A DNA stretch of 64,000 nucleotides from Tubulanus polymorphus (taxonomy: Eukaryota > Animalia > Nemertea). Below the pieces are notes generated by a model. That model saw only the letters and a list, made by a program, of their open reading frames with translations, made no database searches and was not told the DNA's origin. This document shows, piece after piece, positions 1-14,158 of the stretch; position 1 is the first letter of the stretch; the number at the start of each line of letters is the position of its first letter. The stretch is taken from contig NC_134030.1 of assembly GCF_964204645.1 (NCBI RefSeq), positions 2,153,355 to 2,217,354 of the forward strand. The letters are read 5' to 3'. Both the position numbers and the translations under genes were made by a program.

Positions 1-127
1 AATATATTTACAAATTTACAATATTTACAAGAGAGAAAGAAAAGAGAGAGAGAAAGAAAAGAGAGAGAGAGAGAGGGGGAAACGGAGGGAAATAAAAACT
101 ACTATTTACAAATTTACAATATTTACA

Positions 128-162
<35 letters not shown>

Positions 163-2085
163 GAGAAGGAAGAGAGATGAGGGAGAGAGGGAGAGGAGAG
201 AGGAGGGAGAGAGAGAGAGGAGGGAGAGGAGAGAGAGAGGGGAGAGAGGAGGGAGAGAGAGGAGGGAGGAGAAAGGAGAGGGGTGAGAGGAAGAGAAGAG
301 AGAGAGGAGAGAGTTAGTGGGTTAGAGAGAGAGGAAGAGAGAGTTAGTGGGTTAGAAAAAGAGAGAGAGTTAGTGGGTTAGAGAAAGAGGAAGAGAGAGT
401 TAGTGGGTTAGAGAAAGAGGGAAAGGATAGAGAGAGGGAAAGGATAGAGGGGGAAAGAATAGAGACAGAGAGGGAAAGGATAGAGAGACAGAGAAAAAGA
501 ATAGAGACAGAGAGAGAAAGGACAGAGACAGGGAGGGAAAGCATAGAGACAGAGAGGGAAAGGATAGAGACAGAGAGGGAAAGGATAGAGACAGGTAGAA
601 AGAAGGGGTGATAAAAACGATAAAACATATGGGTAAAAACAATAAAACAAATGATAAAACATATGGGTAAAATGATAAAAAATGATAAAAACTGTTAAAA
701 AGAGGCAGTTTAACGTCGTACCACAGGACAAACAGATAAAAATCACTAATAAAATGTGTGGATAAAACGTATTGTTAAAAAGAGGCAGTTTAACGTCGTA
801 CCACAGGACAAACAGATAAAAATCACTGATAAAATGTATGGATAAAACGTATTGTTGAAAAGAGGCAGTTTAATGTCATACCACAGGACAACTTGTAAAC
901 AGAGGTACACTAGCAATACTACTCATGTTTGTAGGTAAAGTATTTTAGACAATTATATAACTTTTTCAACCTCTGCAATATCAATTCTACAAGTTATCTT
1001 TAAAATTGTTTATATGAAATAAACCAACTAAACAGAATGTAGCATTGAATTTATATTAATGTTACCAGGAGCTGAAAATCCTAATCCACTGTTTCAGTAC
1101 ATGTATCAATGTTTCAGTACATGTATCAAACTTTCAATGTTTAATAAAGTTTCACTACTATCAATTAATTCAGCAGTCTACAAAAGATTTGCGTCTTACT
1201 TATTTCGTGATGAGAGAGAGGAGAGAGAGTGGAGTCATGTAGGAAATGTAGCGATACACCTTTCAAAGTGTTTTTACAAATGCAAATCAGTCTATTCTAG
1301 ATTATGGAAGTTTATTGCTGGAGGAGACAAACCGTATTCCAATTGAATCCATTTTTAGCTTTAAGACGTTTATAATACCAGCATTCATTATCATCAACCC
1401 GAAGCTGAATTACTTCAAACCAATTAGAAGAGATATACTGCAACCAACGACCTGTGAGGGGAAATTATGCTCAATCCTTATTTCTTGACGTAAAATTAAA
1501 TGCTCTTTTGTCTTTGATAAATTGTATTTGAAATAAAACACTACAATTTTCTTAACTAGAATCTTCTTTCAAATGTTAAATAAAAAGGAGGAAGGACTAA
1601 ATGTAATGGTATCAATGCTACAAATGTATGTAAAAAGTGAAAAGTAATAGTTTGAAGCCAAGCGTGAATGCATTCATTCTGTTGTATTGAATAAAGTGAG
1701 ATTTGATGACAATTACGAACATATATTAAAATTGGCTCTAAAATAGTTTCAATTAAAAAATAAATATCTATTAGTTTGAAAATTTAAAACGTTTTCAAGA
1801 AAAGAAACTCTTAAAAATGTACAAATAATTGTTTAAAAAGTTTTTAAGAAAATATTCTGGGATGTAATATATAATAAAAATTAAAATCATAAAAATATAT
1901 ATACACTAATAAAAAGATAAAAACGATAAAAAGATAAAAAGAGAATAACTATTTACAAATCTACAATATTTACAAGAGAGAAATAAAAACTACTATTAAC
2001 ATATTTACAATATTTACAAGAGAGGAATAAAAACTACTATTTACAAATTTACAATATTTACAAGAGAGAAAGAAAAGAGAGAAAG

Positions 2086-2181
<96 letters not shown>

Positions 2182-2233
2182 AAACGGAGGGAAATAAAAA
2201 CTACTATTTACAAATTTACAATATTTACAAGAA

Positions 2234-2267
<34 letters not shown>

Positions 2268-2948
2268 AGATGAGGGAGAGAGAGAGGAGAGAGGAGGGAG
2301 AGAGAGGAGGGAGAGGAGAGAGGAGGGAGAGAGGAGGGAGAGAGAGGAGGGAGGAGAAAGGAAAGGGGTGAGAGGAAGAGAAGAGAGAGAGGAGAGAGTT
2401 AGTGGGTTAGAGAGAGAGGAAGAGAGAGTTAGTGGGTTAGAAAAAGAGAGAGAGTTAGTGGGTTAGAGAAAGAGGAAGAGAGAGTTAGTGGGTTAGAGAA
2501 AGAGGGAAAGGATAGAGAGAGGGAAAGGATAGAGGGGGAAAGGATAGAGACAGAGAGGGAAAGGATAGAGAGACAGAGAAAAAGAATAGAGACAGAGAGA
2601 GAAAGGACAGAGACAGGGAGGGAAAGCATAGAGACAGAGAGGGAAAGGATAGAGACAGAGAGGGAAAGGATAGAGACAGGTAGAAAGAAGGGGTGATAAA
2701 AACGATAAAACATATGGGTAAAAACAATAAAACAAATGATAAAACATATGGGTAAAATGATAAAAAATGATAAAAACTGTTAAAAAGAGGCAGTTTAACG
2801 TCGTACCACAGGACAAACAGATAAAAATCACTAATAAAATGTATGGATAAAACGTATTGTTAAAAAGAGGCAGTTTAACGTCATACCACAGGACAACTTG
2901 TAAACAGAGGTACACTAGCAATACTACTCATGTTTGTAGGTAAAGTAT
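1..2948. repeat. ~2085-bp-offset segmental duplication with (GA)n tracts and 80-bp subrepeats
   Basis: 1-~945 matches ~2030-2948 (near-identical spurious ORFs at 344 and 2429). The 80-bp unit (agaggcagtt at 701, 781, 861) has one fewer copy in the second block. Confidence 0.9.
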
Positions 2949-3270
2949 TGTCAATCATTATCGGAACCAAAGTGATTTCAGAATGGAATAACTGGGTCAG
3001 GCCAATCACTCACTCGCTGATCATCAATTACTGGTACTACACAACCAAAGAAAGAGTGTTTACCACGTGGTATTTTAGGCCAGGTCTTACCTCCCAATGA
3101 TAGTGCCACCTATATTCTATTTAGCTTTTTGTGCGTTGATTTGTACATTGATACATCCTCAATCCGCTAACACAAACCCAGGTCGTAAACCCTTCATTGG
3201 TCTCTTAACTACCAATATCAAGAAAACCGGGCGTAATTAAAACTGCTGTTAGCGCTTAAATATTTTCAAT

Positions 3271-4678
3271 GAACTGAGAGTAATTTCATGAATGATGAAT
3301 TTACCCTCAGTGCATTCATTGTTTTAATGATGATCCTGCAAGTAATTTCAACAATGATGAATTTACCCCCCTGAGTTCATTCATTGTTTTTATGATGATC
3401 CTGAGAGTAATTTCAACAATGATGAATTTATTCTCAGTTCATTCATTGTTTTAATGATGATCCTGAGAGTAATTTCAACAATGATGAATTTACCCTCAGT
3501 TCATTCATTGTTTTAATGATGATCCTGAGAGTAATTTCAACACTGATGAATTCATTCTCAGTTCATTCATTGTTTTAATGATGATCCTGAGAGTAATTTC
3601 AACAATGATGAATTTACCCTCAGTTCATTCATTGTTTTAATGATGATCCTGAGAGTAATTTCAACAATGATGAATTCATTCTCAGTTCATTCATCGTTTT
3701 AATGATGATCCTGAGAGTAATTTCAACAATGATGAATTTACCCTCAGTTCATTCATTGTTTTAATGATGATCCTGAGAGTAATTTCAACAATGATGAATT
3801 CATTCTCAGTTCATTCATTGTTTTAATGATGATCCTGAGAGTAATTTCAACAATGATGAATTTATTCTCAGTTCATTCATTGTTTTAATGATGATCCTGA
3901 GAGTAATTTCAACAATGATGAATTTACCCTCAGTTCATTCATTGTTTTAATGATGATCCTGAGAGTAATTTCAACAATGATGAATTCATTCTCAGTTCAT
4001 TCATTGTTTTAATGATGATCCTGAGAGTAATTTCAACAATGATGAATTTACCCTCAGTTCATTCATTGTTTTAATGATGATCCTGAGAGTAATTTCAACA
4101 ATGATGAATTCATTCTCAGTTCATTCATTGTTTTAATGATGATCCTGAGAGTAATTTCAACAATGACGAATTTATTCTCAGTTCATTCATTGTTTTAATG
4201 ATGATCCTGAGAGTAATTTCAACAATGATGAATTTACCCTCAGTTCATTCATTGTTTTAATGATGATCCTGAGAGTAATTTCAACAATGATGAATTTATT
4301 CTCAGTTCATTCATTGTTTTAATGATGATCCTGAGAGCAATTTCAACAATGATGAATTTATTCTCAGTTCATTCATTGTTTTAATGATGATCCTGAGAGT
4401 AATTTCAACAATGATGAATTCATTCTCAGTTCATTCATTGTTTTAATGATGATCCTGAGAGTAATTTCAACAATGATGAATTCATTCTCAGTTCATTCAT
4501 TGTTTTAATGATGATCCTGAGAGTAATTTCAACAATGATGAATTCATTCTCGGTTCATTCATTGTTTTAATGATGATCCTGAGAGTAATTTCAACAATGA
4601 TGAATTCATTCTCAGTTCATTCATTGTTTTAATGATGATCCTGAGAGTAATTTCAACAATGATGAATTCACCCTCAGT
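3271..4678. repeat. 62-bp palindromic minisatellite, ~22 copies
   Basis: CTGAGAGTAATTTCAACAATGATGAATT(TACC/TATT/CATT)CTCAGTTCATTCATTGTTTTAATGATGATC. Confidence 0.95.
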
Positions 4679-5269
4679 CCATCACATTCTAAAATGTTAC
4701 TATTTTATTCAGTGAAAATCTCTGAACTGCATAAATAGAAGATCTTAAACGGGATTATTGATTAATGTACCCGAGTGTAACTTATAACATAAATTGACCC
4801 TCAGTTTTTCAGAGGTTTATACTTTACTTAAGTTAACAGCATTAGTTTCAACTCAATCAACTTGACCTAAACGAACTTAAATCAAACTCAACTCGACTTT
4901 AATCAACTGGAACGAATTAGATTTGAAACATAGAAACGTGAAAAAAAACTTATAAGTAAAAAGGTAGAAAATAAAATATAAGAAAAAGTTCTCAATCACA
5001 TTTCATATTTACTAAGCCTATATCGACTTGAGTTAATGCTCTTTATGCGTGCATTATATACATCATGGGCCTTTTATATAACCTCTATTTATATCCGTTT
5101 TGTGGACCACGTAATTGAGTCAAAGAGTATTCAGATCAAACCTGGGCCTTCAGTTATTCCATCCATGAATCACTTGGGTTCGCATATACTGATAGCCAAA
5201 TATAAGATATTTCATCTAATCAATGTTTTAGTTAGTATTAAAATACAGATAAAAATTGTTCTAAAAGAA

Positions 5270-5790
5270 TATATACAAATAAAATAGTTTTAAAAATATA
5301 TATATATAAATAAAATATTTTTAAAATATATATAAATAAAATAGTTTTTAAAATATATATAAATAAAATAGTTTTTAAAATATATACAAATAAAATAGTT
5401 TTTAAAATATATACAAATACAACAGTTTAAAAGATAATTAAAGATAAAATATATACAAATGAAATAGTTTTAAAATTCAGATATTAAGATAGTTTCTAGA
5501 TATAATAGTTATTTTAAAATTAAGACAAAATACTTTCTTTAATAGTTTTAAATTCAGATAAATTAGTTTTTAGATATTATAGTTACAAATCCACAAAAAG
5601 GCTTATATAATAATCAATCCTTGAATAGATTAAAGGATAATTTAAGATAAAATACATACAAATGAAATAGTTTTAAAATTCAGATAAGATAGTTTTTAGA
5701 TATAATAGTTATTTTTAAATTAACATAAAATACTTTCTTTAATAGTTTAAAATTCAGATAAATTAGTTTTTAGATATTATAGTTACTTTA
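5270..5790. repeat. AT-rich ~30-bp tandem repeat and a ~200-bp duplication
   Basis: aaataaaatagtttttaaaatatata repeats; ~5440-5585 matches ~5643-5786. Confidence 0.8.
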
Positions 5791-5879
5791 AAATGGAGAT
5801 AATTTAATATAGTCTAGAACATTCTTAAAAAAGTTTTCAGAATTACTAGTTTAGAAGTAATAATGAAATAGTTTTGGAA

Positions 5880-8143
5880 TTTCAGCACTGAAGGACTCAA
5901 AAATGGCCAAATTAACTAACTGTTCAACATGTGCAGTATGACTGGATCTCAGTCAGTGGAAATCTATCAATGATGCTGGTTTGAGTTTGGATTTTGTGAC
6001 CTCTTTACAACAATAATTGCAAAGTAGCTGAGAAACTACAAGTAGCTACATTTCATGTAATAATTAGTAGATGATATCACATATCTTAATACAACTGATG
6101 TCCTTTTTGGGGACCAAGGCTTCTCCTGAGGAATTAATCCTACCATATGAATGATCGAGATATTGAAAACAACTTCTTTGTCAATTTCTTCTCAATTGGT
6201 ATGAACTTAAAACAATTTTCCTTTTTTACACAATCTCCTCTATAATATATCTCCATTAACTCCTGTCTCATATCTCCATAAACTCCTCTATCATATCTAC
6301 ATAAACTCCTCTCTCATATCTACATAAACTCCTCTATCATATCTACATAAACTCCTCTATCATATCTACATAAACTCCTCTCTCATATCTCCATAAACTC
6401 CTCTCTCATATCTCCATAAACTCCTCTCTCATATCTACATAAACTCCTCTCTCATATCTCCATAAACTCCTCTATCATATCTACATAAACTCCTCTATCA
6501 TATCTACATAAACTCCTCTCTCATATCTACATAAACTCCTCTCTCATATCTCCATAAACTCCTCTCTCATATCTCCATAAACTCCTCTCTCATATCTCTC
6601 ATGCCTTATTGATTTCAACAAGAGATGCAGAACTAATTTAACAAGAATTTTGAACCCAAACCTTGATTCTGGTGATCGTTAGAATCAGTAGAGATTAATA
6701 TAAATCAATAAAACTTCACTCAACTGTGATAACAACTAATTTTCCAATCCGATATCTTTATTTGATACTTTCTTTATCAGAGATTCTTAATCATTGCAAT
6801 TTTGCAGATTTTTTGCATTATTCTATTCTATCCTATGTTCAATTATGAACTGATAAATTCATGCATTGAAGACTGATCGAGTGAACTTTCACACCTTAGA
6901 AATTTAATGAAATTGATTACCGTAGTCTTTGCTGTGGTTTCCTATCATGCGCAATTATTTATCTGGACGATATATGTATTTCTATTCCTTATGAGTAAAT
7001 ATTTTAAATTCCTCCGATCACATTTGAAGGACTTCTTTCCGTTGTTGAGCATTAGATATTGACATTCCAATCATTTCAAGTTTTCCTGGGATATCAATTA
7101 TTTAATCTTTAACTCTATGAAATCAAGTAAATAACAATTCCATGGTTTTACACTTGAAGTAAGAACATCATAGCATTTGGGGGGGGGAGAGGGCAACATG
7201 GAACATCGAACAATCCATTTCAATGTAGTTTCCTAAAGAATCGCTGTTCCATCTCCATGTTCCAAGTTTGATAAGGAATCACATTTTGTGAATCATAGCC
7301 GTTCTTTTCGATTTGAAAAAAAATCCACTTTTTTTCAAAAATCCACTTTTTATTGTAGAGATTGATTTCCTGCATATCCCAAAAGACATTTGCAAAGGCT
7401 GACCATGGCATTAGAATAGATGACTGTCACAATTAGATGGTATGGATGGTTACTGCTGCAAACAAGTAGTAATGCAAGGATGGTAAATGCTTCAGCATCA
7501 TGAGAAGCACAATGAACCTTAGTTAATAAGGTATTGTAAAAGAAGTAATGCAAGGGTGTTATATGCTTCATTGTGAGAAGCAAAATGAACCTTAGTGAAT
7601 AAGGTGTTGTGAAAGATGTATCGCAAGACTCGAATTTCAAAACGCAAAAAGGCAAAAGAAGTAATGCGAGGATTGTAAATGCTTTAGCATCGTGAGAAGC
7701 AAAATGAACCTCAGCTTCCATCAGCCTTTTTTCTTCACATAAACATTTTGATAGAGAAGGAACCTTCCAAAACCATACGCCTGGATTTTCTGTCTCTTGG
7801 AAGACATTCTTCGGATCGTTAATTTAAGCATTATTTGCCTCAAATTCAACGCACAATATGAACCGTATCACCATTGACAACAGATGAGGCCGTATTAAAT
7901 TGCGCGCCGAATACCGAACTAAATGATCGATTGTTGAAAGTTGTCAATGCTCCGCATGCACAGGAGAAGCACATTTCACCAACTGACGGAGGAGCAAACT
8001 CAAAAGGAGTTTCAATAATGTAAGGAAGAGTTTGTAACAGACCTTTCATATAGATTGTCCAATACCGGAAGGGCTCTGCTGCGAGTCAAGTGGCTTCAGA
8101 CTGATCTCTTAGTCTTTTGTGATGTTTTCTAATAATTGTAAAT
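5880..8143 (-). pseudogene. Heavily degraded coding-like sequence, possibly a transposase relic
   Basis: Broken frames with Cys/aromatic-rich segments (CFSCACG, WFWKVPSLSKCLCEEK, PWSAFANVF, IIDRF-[frameshift]-H). The resemblance to KDZ/CxC transposases is only tentative. Confidence 0.25.
6248..6597. repeat. 23-bp minisatellite
   Basis: (CATATCTMCATAAACTCCTCTMT)n, ~15 copies. Confidence 0.95.
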
Positions 8144-8899
8144 CTGAAATGAAAAAAAAATCATTAAGTATCATGTATATTAAACATTAATGACATGACA
8201 CGTCCACGTATAACTTACTTTCTATTGATTAGACACAGCTTTGAATATGAATAATATGATGAATATTTCACAATTTGGAACATTTTGACCGGATTTTGAA
8301 ACCCGGAAATGAATTTACTTCCTCAAATTATTTCTCATCCACCAGAGCCTCTTACTCACTATCCAATTCAATTCAATCCAAACTTTATTCACCATTTGAT
8401 TTGTTTGCAAATTCAATAAATTCTTGAGTGCTGACAAAAATTGCAACATTCATCAAAATGAAAAATTTATACTCGAACAATTGAGAAATCTAATTCTAAT
8501 GATATTAGATGTTTGAGGTGAATAACTGATTATATTCAAAATAATTGAGATTGAGACAATTTTGAGTTTTTGGAAATCCAATCATGTGGAGATTTGAGAT
8601 AGAATAATTTGAGATGTTTGTCAAAAATAATTGAGAATTTGAGATATCTAATATGAAATTATTGAGATTGATAAAGTAGAGTTTGATACTTACTCAAATC
8701 AACAAAATGCGCCGAAGGAAGCAGGTTCCAATTTCAGGACCTTGGCTTGCACCAGCACCATCAAACCAGTAAGAAGACTTTTTTCTGACGCTGTGGTTGA
8801 TGAATTAGTTGTAGATGTCGTATCTGTGGTTAATTGTTACAGTTGTTGTTGACTGCTGTTGACTTGTCTGCTTTTGACAACTGCTGCTGCTGCTGCTGC

Positions 8900-8930
<31 letters not shown>

Positions 8931-11900
8931 ACTGGAATGTAGAAAGAGATTTCATTAAAAATCAAGAGAATTGAAATAATTATGTCATTTAAATACATTT
9001 AATTATCAATTAATCATTATCTTATTCAAAAGAAGCCACCAGAATTAAATGGGTCACAATTTCAAAATCAATTGGTGGCGCTTCGAATGAAAGATTTCTA
9101 TGGGTTCGAGTGATGGTTGAATAGACTGAGCTGTCTATGTATTACACCTAGGCATGTCAGCTTGCCGCTTTAGCGCGAATATTTCTACACCAGAAAACTT
9201 AAGCAATAATTCAAAATTGCATATACTCTCTTAATTACCACTATCTACATTGAAAATCAATATAGGCCTATATGTTATGGAAATTACGAAGCAGGGTTCA
9301 CCACCTGATGGAGGAGCAAACTCAAAAGGAGTCTCAATTATGTAAGGAAGAGTTTGTAACAGACCTTTCATATAGATTGTCCAATACCGGAAGGGCTCTG
9401 CTGCGAGTCAAGTGGCTTCAGACTGATCTCTTAGTCTTTTGTGATGTTTTCTAATAATTGTAAATCTGGAATGAAAAAAAAACATTAAGTATCATATATA
9501 TTAAACATTAATGACATGACACGTCCACGTATAACTAACTTTCTATTGATTAGACACAGCGCCTTTGAATATGAATAACAATGTATATTTCAATGAATAT
9601 TTCACAATTGGGAACGATTTTGACCGGATTTTGAAACCCGGAAATGACTTTACTTCCTCAAATTATTTCTCATCCACCAGAGCCTCTTACTTGCTATCCA
9701 ATTCAATTCAATCCAAACTTTTTTCACCATTTGATTTGTTTGCAAATTCGATGAATTCTAGAGTGCTGACAAAATTTGCAGCATTCATCAAAATGAAAAA
9801 ATTTTTACTCGAACAATTGAGAAATCTTATTCTAGTTATATTAGAGGTTTGAGGTGAATAACTGATGATATTCAAAATAATTGAGATTGAGACAATTTTG
9901 AGTTTTTTGGAAATCCAATAATGTGGAGATATGAGATTTGAGATGTTTGTCAAAAATAATTAAGAATTTGAGATATCTAATATGAAATGATTGAGATTGA
10001 TAAAGAAGAGTTTGATACTTACTCAAATCAACAAAATGCGCCGAAGGAAGCAGGCTCCAATTTCAGGACCTTGGCTTGCACCAGCAACATCAAACCAGTA
10101 AGAAGACTTTTTTTCTGACGCTGTGGTTGATGTATTAGTTGTAGATGTCGTATCTGTGGTTAATTGTTACAGTTGTTGTTGACTGCTGTTGACTTGTCTG
10201 CTTTTGACAACTGCTGCTGCTGCTGCTGCTACTACTGAAATGTAGAAAGAGATTTCATAAAAAATCTCGAGAATTGAAATGATAAATCATAAGAAATAAT
10301 GTCGTCGAAATTTATGTAACCCAGTGAAAAATACATTTAATTATCAATTAATCATCACTATCTAAATATTAGATATTCGAAAGAAGCCACCAGAATTAAA
10401 TGGGTCGCAATTTCAAAATCAATTGGCGGCGCTTCGAATGAAAGATTTCTATGGGTTCGAGTCATGGTTGAATAGACTGAGCTGTCTATGTATTACACCT
10501 AGGCATGTCAGCTTGCCGCTTTAGCGCGAATATTGCTACACCAGAAAACTTAAGCAATAACTAAAAATTGCATATACTTTCTTAATTACCACTATCTACA
10601 TTGAAAATCAATATAGGCCTATGTGTTATGGAAATTACGAAGCAGGGTTCACCACCTGACAGAGGAGCAAACTCAAGAGGAGTTTCAATAATGTAAGGAA
10701 GAGTTTGTAACAGACCTTTCATATAGATTGTCCAATAACGGAAGGGCTCTGCTGCGAGTCAAGTGGCTTCAGAATCGAATGATCACTTTTGTGATGTTTT
10801 CTAATAATTGTAAATCTGGAATGAAAAAAAAACATTAAGTATCATGTATATTAAACATTAATGACATGACACGTCCACGTATAACTTACTTTCTATTGAT
10901 TAGACACAGCGCCTTTGAATATGAATAATATGATGAATATTTCACAATTTGGAACGATTTTGACCGGATTTTGAAACTCGGAAATGACTTTACTTCCTCA
11001 AGTTATTTCTCATCCACCAGAGCCTCTTACTTGCTATCCAGTTCAATTCAATACAAACTTTATTCACCATTTGATTTGTTTGCAAATTCAATGAATTCTA
11101 GAGTGCTGACAAAATTTGCAGCATTCATCAAAATGAAAAATTTTTACTCGAACAATTGAGAAATCTTATTCTAATGATATTAGAGGTTTGAGGTGAATAA
11201 CTGATGATATTCAAAATAATTGGGATTGAGACAATTTTGAGTTTTTGAAAATCCAATAATGTGGAGATATGGGATAGAATAATTTGAGATGTTTGTCAAA
11301 AATAATTGAGAATTTGAGATATCTAATATGAAATGATTGAGATTGATAAAGTAGAGTTTGATACTTACTCAAATCAACAAAATGCGCTGAAGGAAGCAGG
11401 CTCCAATTTCAGGACCTTGGCTTGCACCAGCACCAGCACCATCAAACCAGTAAGAAGACTTTTTTCTGACGCTGTGGTTGATGAATTAGTTGTAGATGTC
11501 GTATCTGTGGTTGGTGCTGTTGTTGTTGACTGCTGTTGACTTGTCGGATTTTGACAACTGCTGCTGCAACTACTGAAATGTAGAAAGAGATTTCATAAAA
11601 AATCTCAAGAATTGAAATGATAAATCATCAGAAATAATGTCGTCGAAATTTATGTAACCCAGTGAAAAATACATTTAATTATCAATTAATCATCACTATC
11701 TAAATATTAGATATTCGAAAGAAGCCACCAGAATTAAATGGGTCGCAATTTCAAAATCAATTGTCGGCGCTTCGAATGAAAGATTTCTATGGGTTCGAGT
11801 CATGGTTGAATAGACTGAGCTGTCTATGTATTACACCTAGGCATGTCAGCTAGCCGCTTTAGCGCGAATATTGCTACACCAGAAAACTTAAGCAATAACT

Positions 11901-11965
11901 AAAAATTGCATATACTTTCTTAATTACCACTATCTACATTGAAAATCAATAGATATGTTATGGAA
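7985..11965 (-). repeat. Triplicated ~1.33-kb segment with minus-strand exon-like units and variable (CAG)n
   Basis: Offsets 1322 and 1351 (8041/9363/10714). Exon-like X (AG...GTAAGT) at 8694-8931, 10023-10234, 11369-11572; a second acceptor just above 8143. Confidence 0.85.
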
Positions 11966-12128
11966 ATAACGATTTCTTCAAAAAATCAAAAAGTAACACG
12001 GAAAGTGCTTATAATTAGTAAGATAACCAAATTTACACACATTTCACACCTATTTATGATTTGTACTTGCGGACGTTTGAAATTAAAACTTGCGCAAACA
12101 GTAAAACGAATATTTTAGGTGAAATTTT

Positions 12129-12252
12129 CTTACCTGTAAAATGGCCGGACTTCGAAACGGGGTCAGGCGTGAGCTTTCATACTGACATCGTGACGTCACT
12201 GATCCTGACCAATGAAATTTACTAATATTCCCGCCGACCATTTTCTGATTGG
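12129..12252 (-). promoter_or_regulatory. Promoter/first-exon signature, minus strand
   Basis: Donor CAG|GTAAG at 12134/12133, TGACGTCA at 12191-12198, CCAAT at 12209, ATTGG at 12248. Confidence 0.45.
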
Positions 12253-12463
12253 ATTCGAACCCGATCAACGCCACCAAAAATATCATTTCGATCGAATACA
12301 CGCAAATTCAATCGATGTTCGCCATGACATTTCCTCGGATTACACACAGTTGTCTGTCTGTCTGTTCACGCATTTAAAAACTGTTTAAGAAATATATTCT
12401 GAAAATCGCAAACGCATGCCAAATCACATACGAGACAAACTGACAATCCGATCTGTTTAACCA

Positions 12464-12540
12464 CAGATCTATGGTCAAGTGGTTAACGTGCTCGTCTGGT
12501 CAGCGACTGGTCGTAAGTTCGAGTCCCGTTGACACGAGCT
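12464..12540 (+). pseudogene. tRNA-like sequence (tRNA pseudogene or SINE head)
   Basis: A box TGGTCAAGTGG (12472) and B box GTTCGAGTCC (12517) at tRNA spacing; acceptor stem not intact; T-run shortly downstream. Confidence 0.5.
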
Positions 12541-13849
12541 TACACAGGTTGACCCGCATTCTTTTTTCGTCGGACTGCAGTCAGGCCCTGGGTCTGTTTT
12601 TTAATGTTTTAGATTGTAACGCTGGTTGGCTTCAGGAACGACAAGCAAGTGTAATTCAGAGCTGTCTGATTTGCACTTTAACGGAACTGTATTCATTATT
12701 AATTCCAACAGTGACACTTAATTTCAGATTATCCAACATTTCATTTTGGTAATGAACACCAGTCCAGAACACTGACGTCAAACACCGGCATTCTGGACAC
12801 TGACCTTCAACACTTATACCGATGGCTTCTGTCGTTCTTACAAATGAAGGAATTGCGGATTTATTTTTCCCAGCAACGAAAATCAGGGAATTTGAGCATT
12901 TCTTGATAAGTCCACGGTATTGTGTCATTCTTACCAGTGACAAGTATCTCGAGGAACCCTTTGATAGGAGACAGCCCCCCACTGAGGGTATGTTTTAATT
13001 CAATCTGGAAATCAATGGTCAAGGGTTAGGGTAAACCATGGAATTCAAGATTCCCTGATCTGTGAGAACTCTGCACCCAGTTCCACAGTCTCAGGTTAGG
13101 CTTAACCCTTGAATAAAAGTTTCTCTGGAACTGTGTTCTAATTGTTGCTTAAGTCTTGTATCACTGTCAATAAGAGTGTAATAATTATTTTATTGTTCAG
13201 TTATTTTTTAGTTACAGTGTGTGAAACTGGGACCAAAGATTCTTATCATGTTATAGCGTTTTATTGGTAGTATTTACTCGTATATTCCAAAGATCTCTTG
13301 TTTTCTTACCAAATTAATTCTACATTTCGTTGATTTTATGAAGAAAAGGTTGGTGCCGGTTTTGTTTGTGATCCAGTCGTCGAAGTAATTAAAGATTTTT
13401 AGTATTATCTTAAAGTTAGAAAAGAGAGATCCTCCATTTCAGCATCAGGACGAATCAGCGTCAGTAATTATCGGGTTCGAACTTGGCGCGATCTAACAGC
13501 TAGACTGGTTACCGGTCATTCCAAATGAACATCTGACAGCAGATATTCTAGGGGTTGCTCCAGGAAAAATACAGGGCTGAGGTTAAGTACACACTTGGAT
13601 AGAAGCAGGAGCGGCTGGAGAGCTCCGCTGACACGCAACCAACCCTGGTAATAGACTGGTTACCGGTCTCTGGGACAGGCACCAGTCTATCCTGTCAAGC
13701 GATAATATATACTTAAGGCCATATGCACGATTCGTTTTGAATTTGATTATGTTATTCAAACAAGCAATGAAATCCGATTGAATAGAAAAATAAATTTGAA
13801 TTTGGAATAATATTTAATCCTAATCGGCCAACAGCTGCACATGTGAGTT

Positions 13850-13894
13850 ACTTCCGGTGTGGAGCGATGACCCGCCATATTGAAATTGGTAAGT
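13850..13894 (+). promoter_or_regulatory. Promoter/first-exon signature, plus strand
   Basis: ACTTCCGG (ETS) at 13850, CGCCAT (YY1-like) at 13873, donor TTG|GTAAGT at 13888/13889. Confidence 0.4.
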
Positions 13895-14158
13895 CGTGGA
13901 ATTTGTTTAGAGCTTTTTACCTTTAATTCTTTTCTAACAGCTCAATACGTACCCGGAGATGACAGTAGGATAAACGCTGTATCTAAAACCTACCCAAAAC
14001 CCGGCGTAAAGCAATTATCAAACTCGAATTTTCGACGTATCGTGTCACGTCACATGTGCGTCGTCACGGTCTGGTGAGCCGCACCACTCCACTTCATCAT
14101 GATCCACCCAGTCCGTCCAACCCACTCCACCATCAAACAACTGACCTATTATGGGCTA

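Noticed and set aside
344-2921. Leu/Ser-rich minus-strand ORFs
   Set aside because: Translations of (GA)n low-complexity repeats.
3271-4678. CRISPR-like array
   Set aside because: No unique spacers, no cas genes, eukaryotic context.
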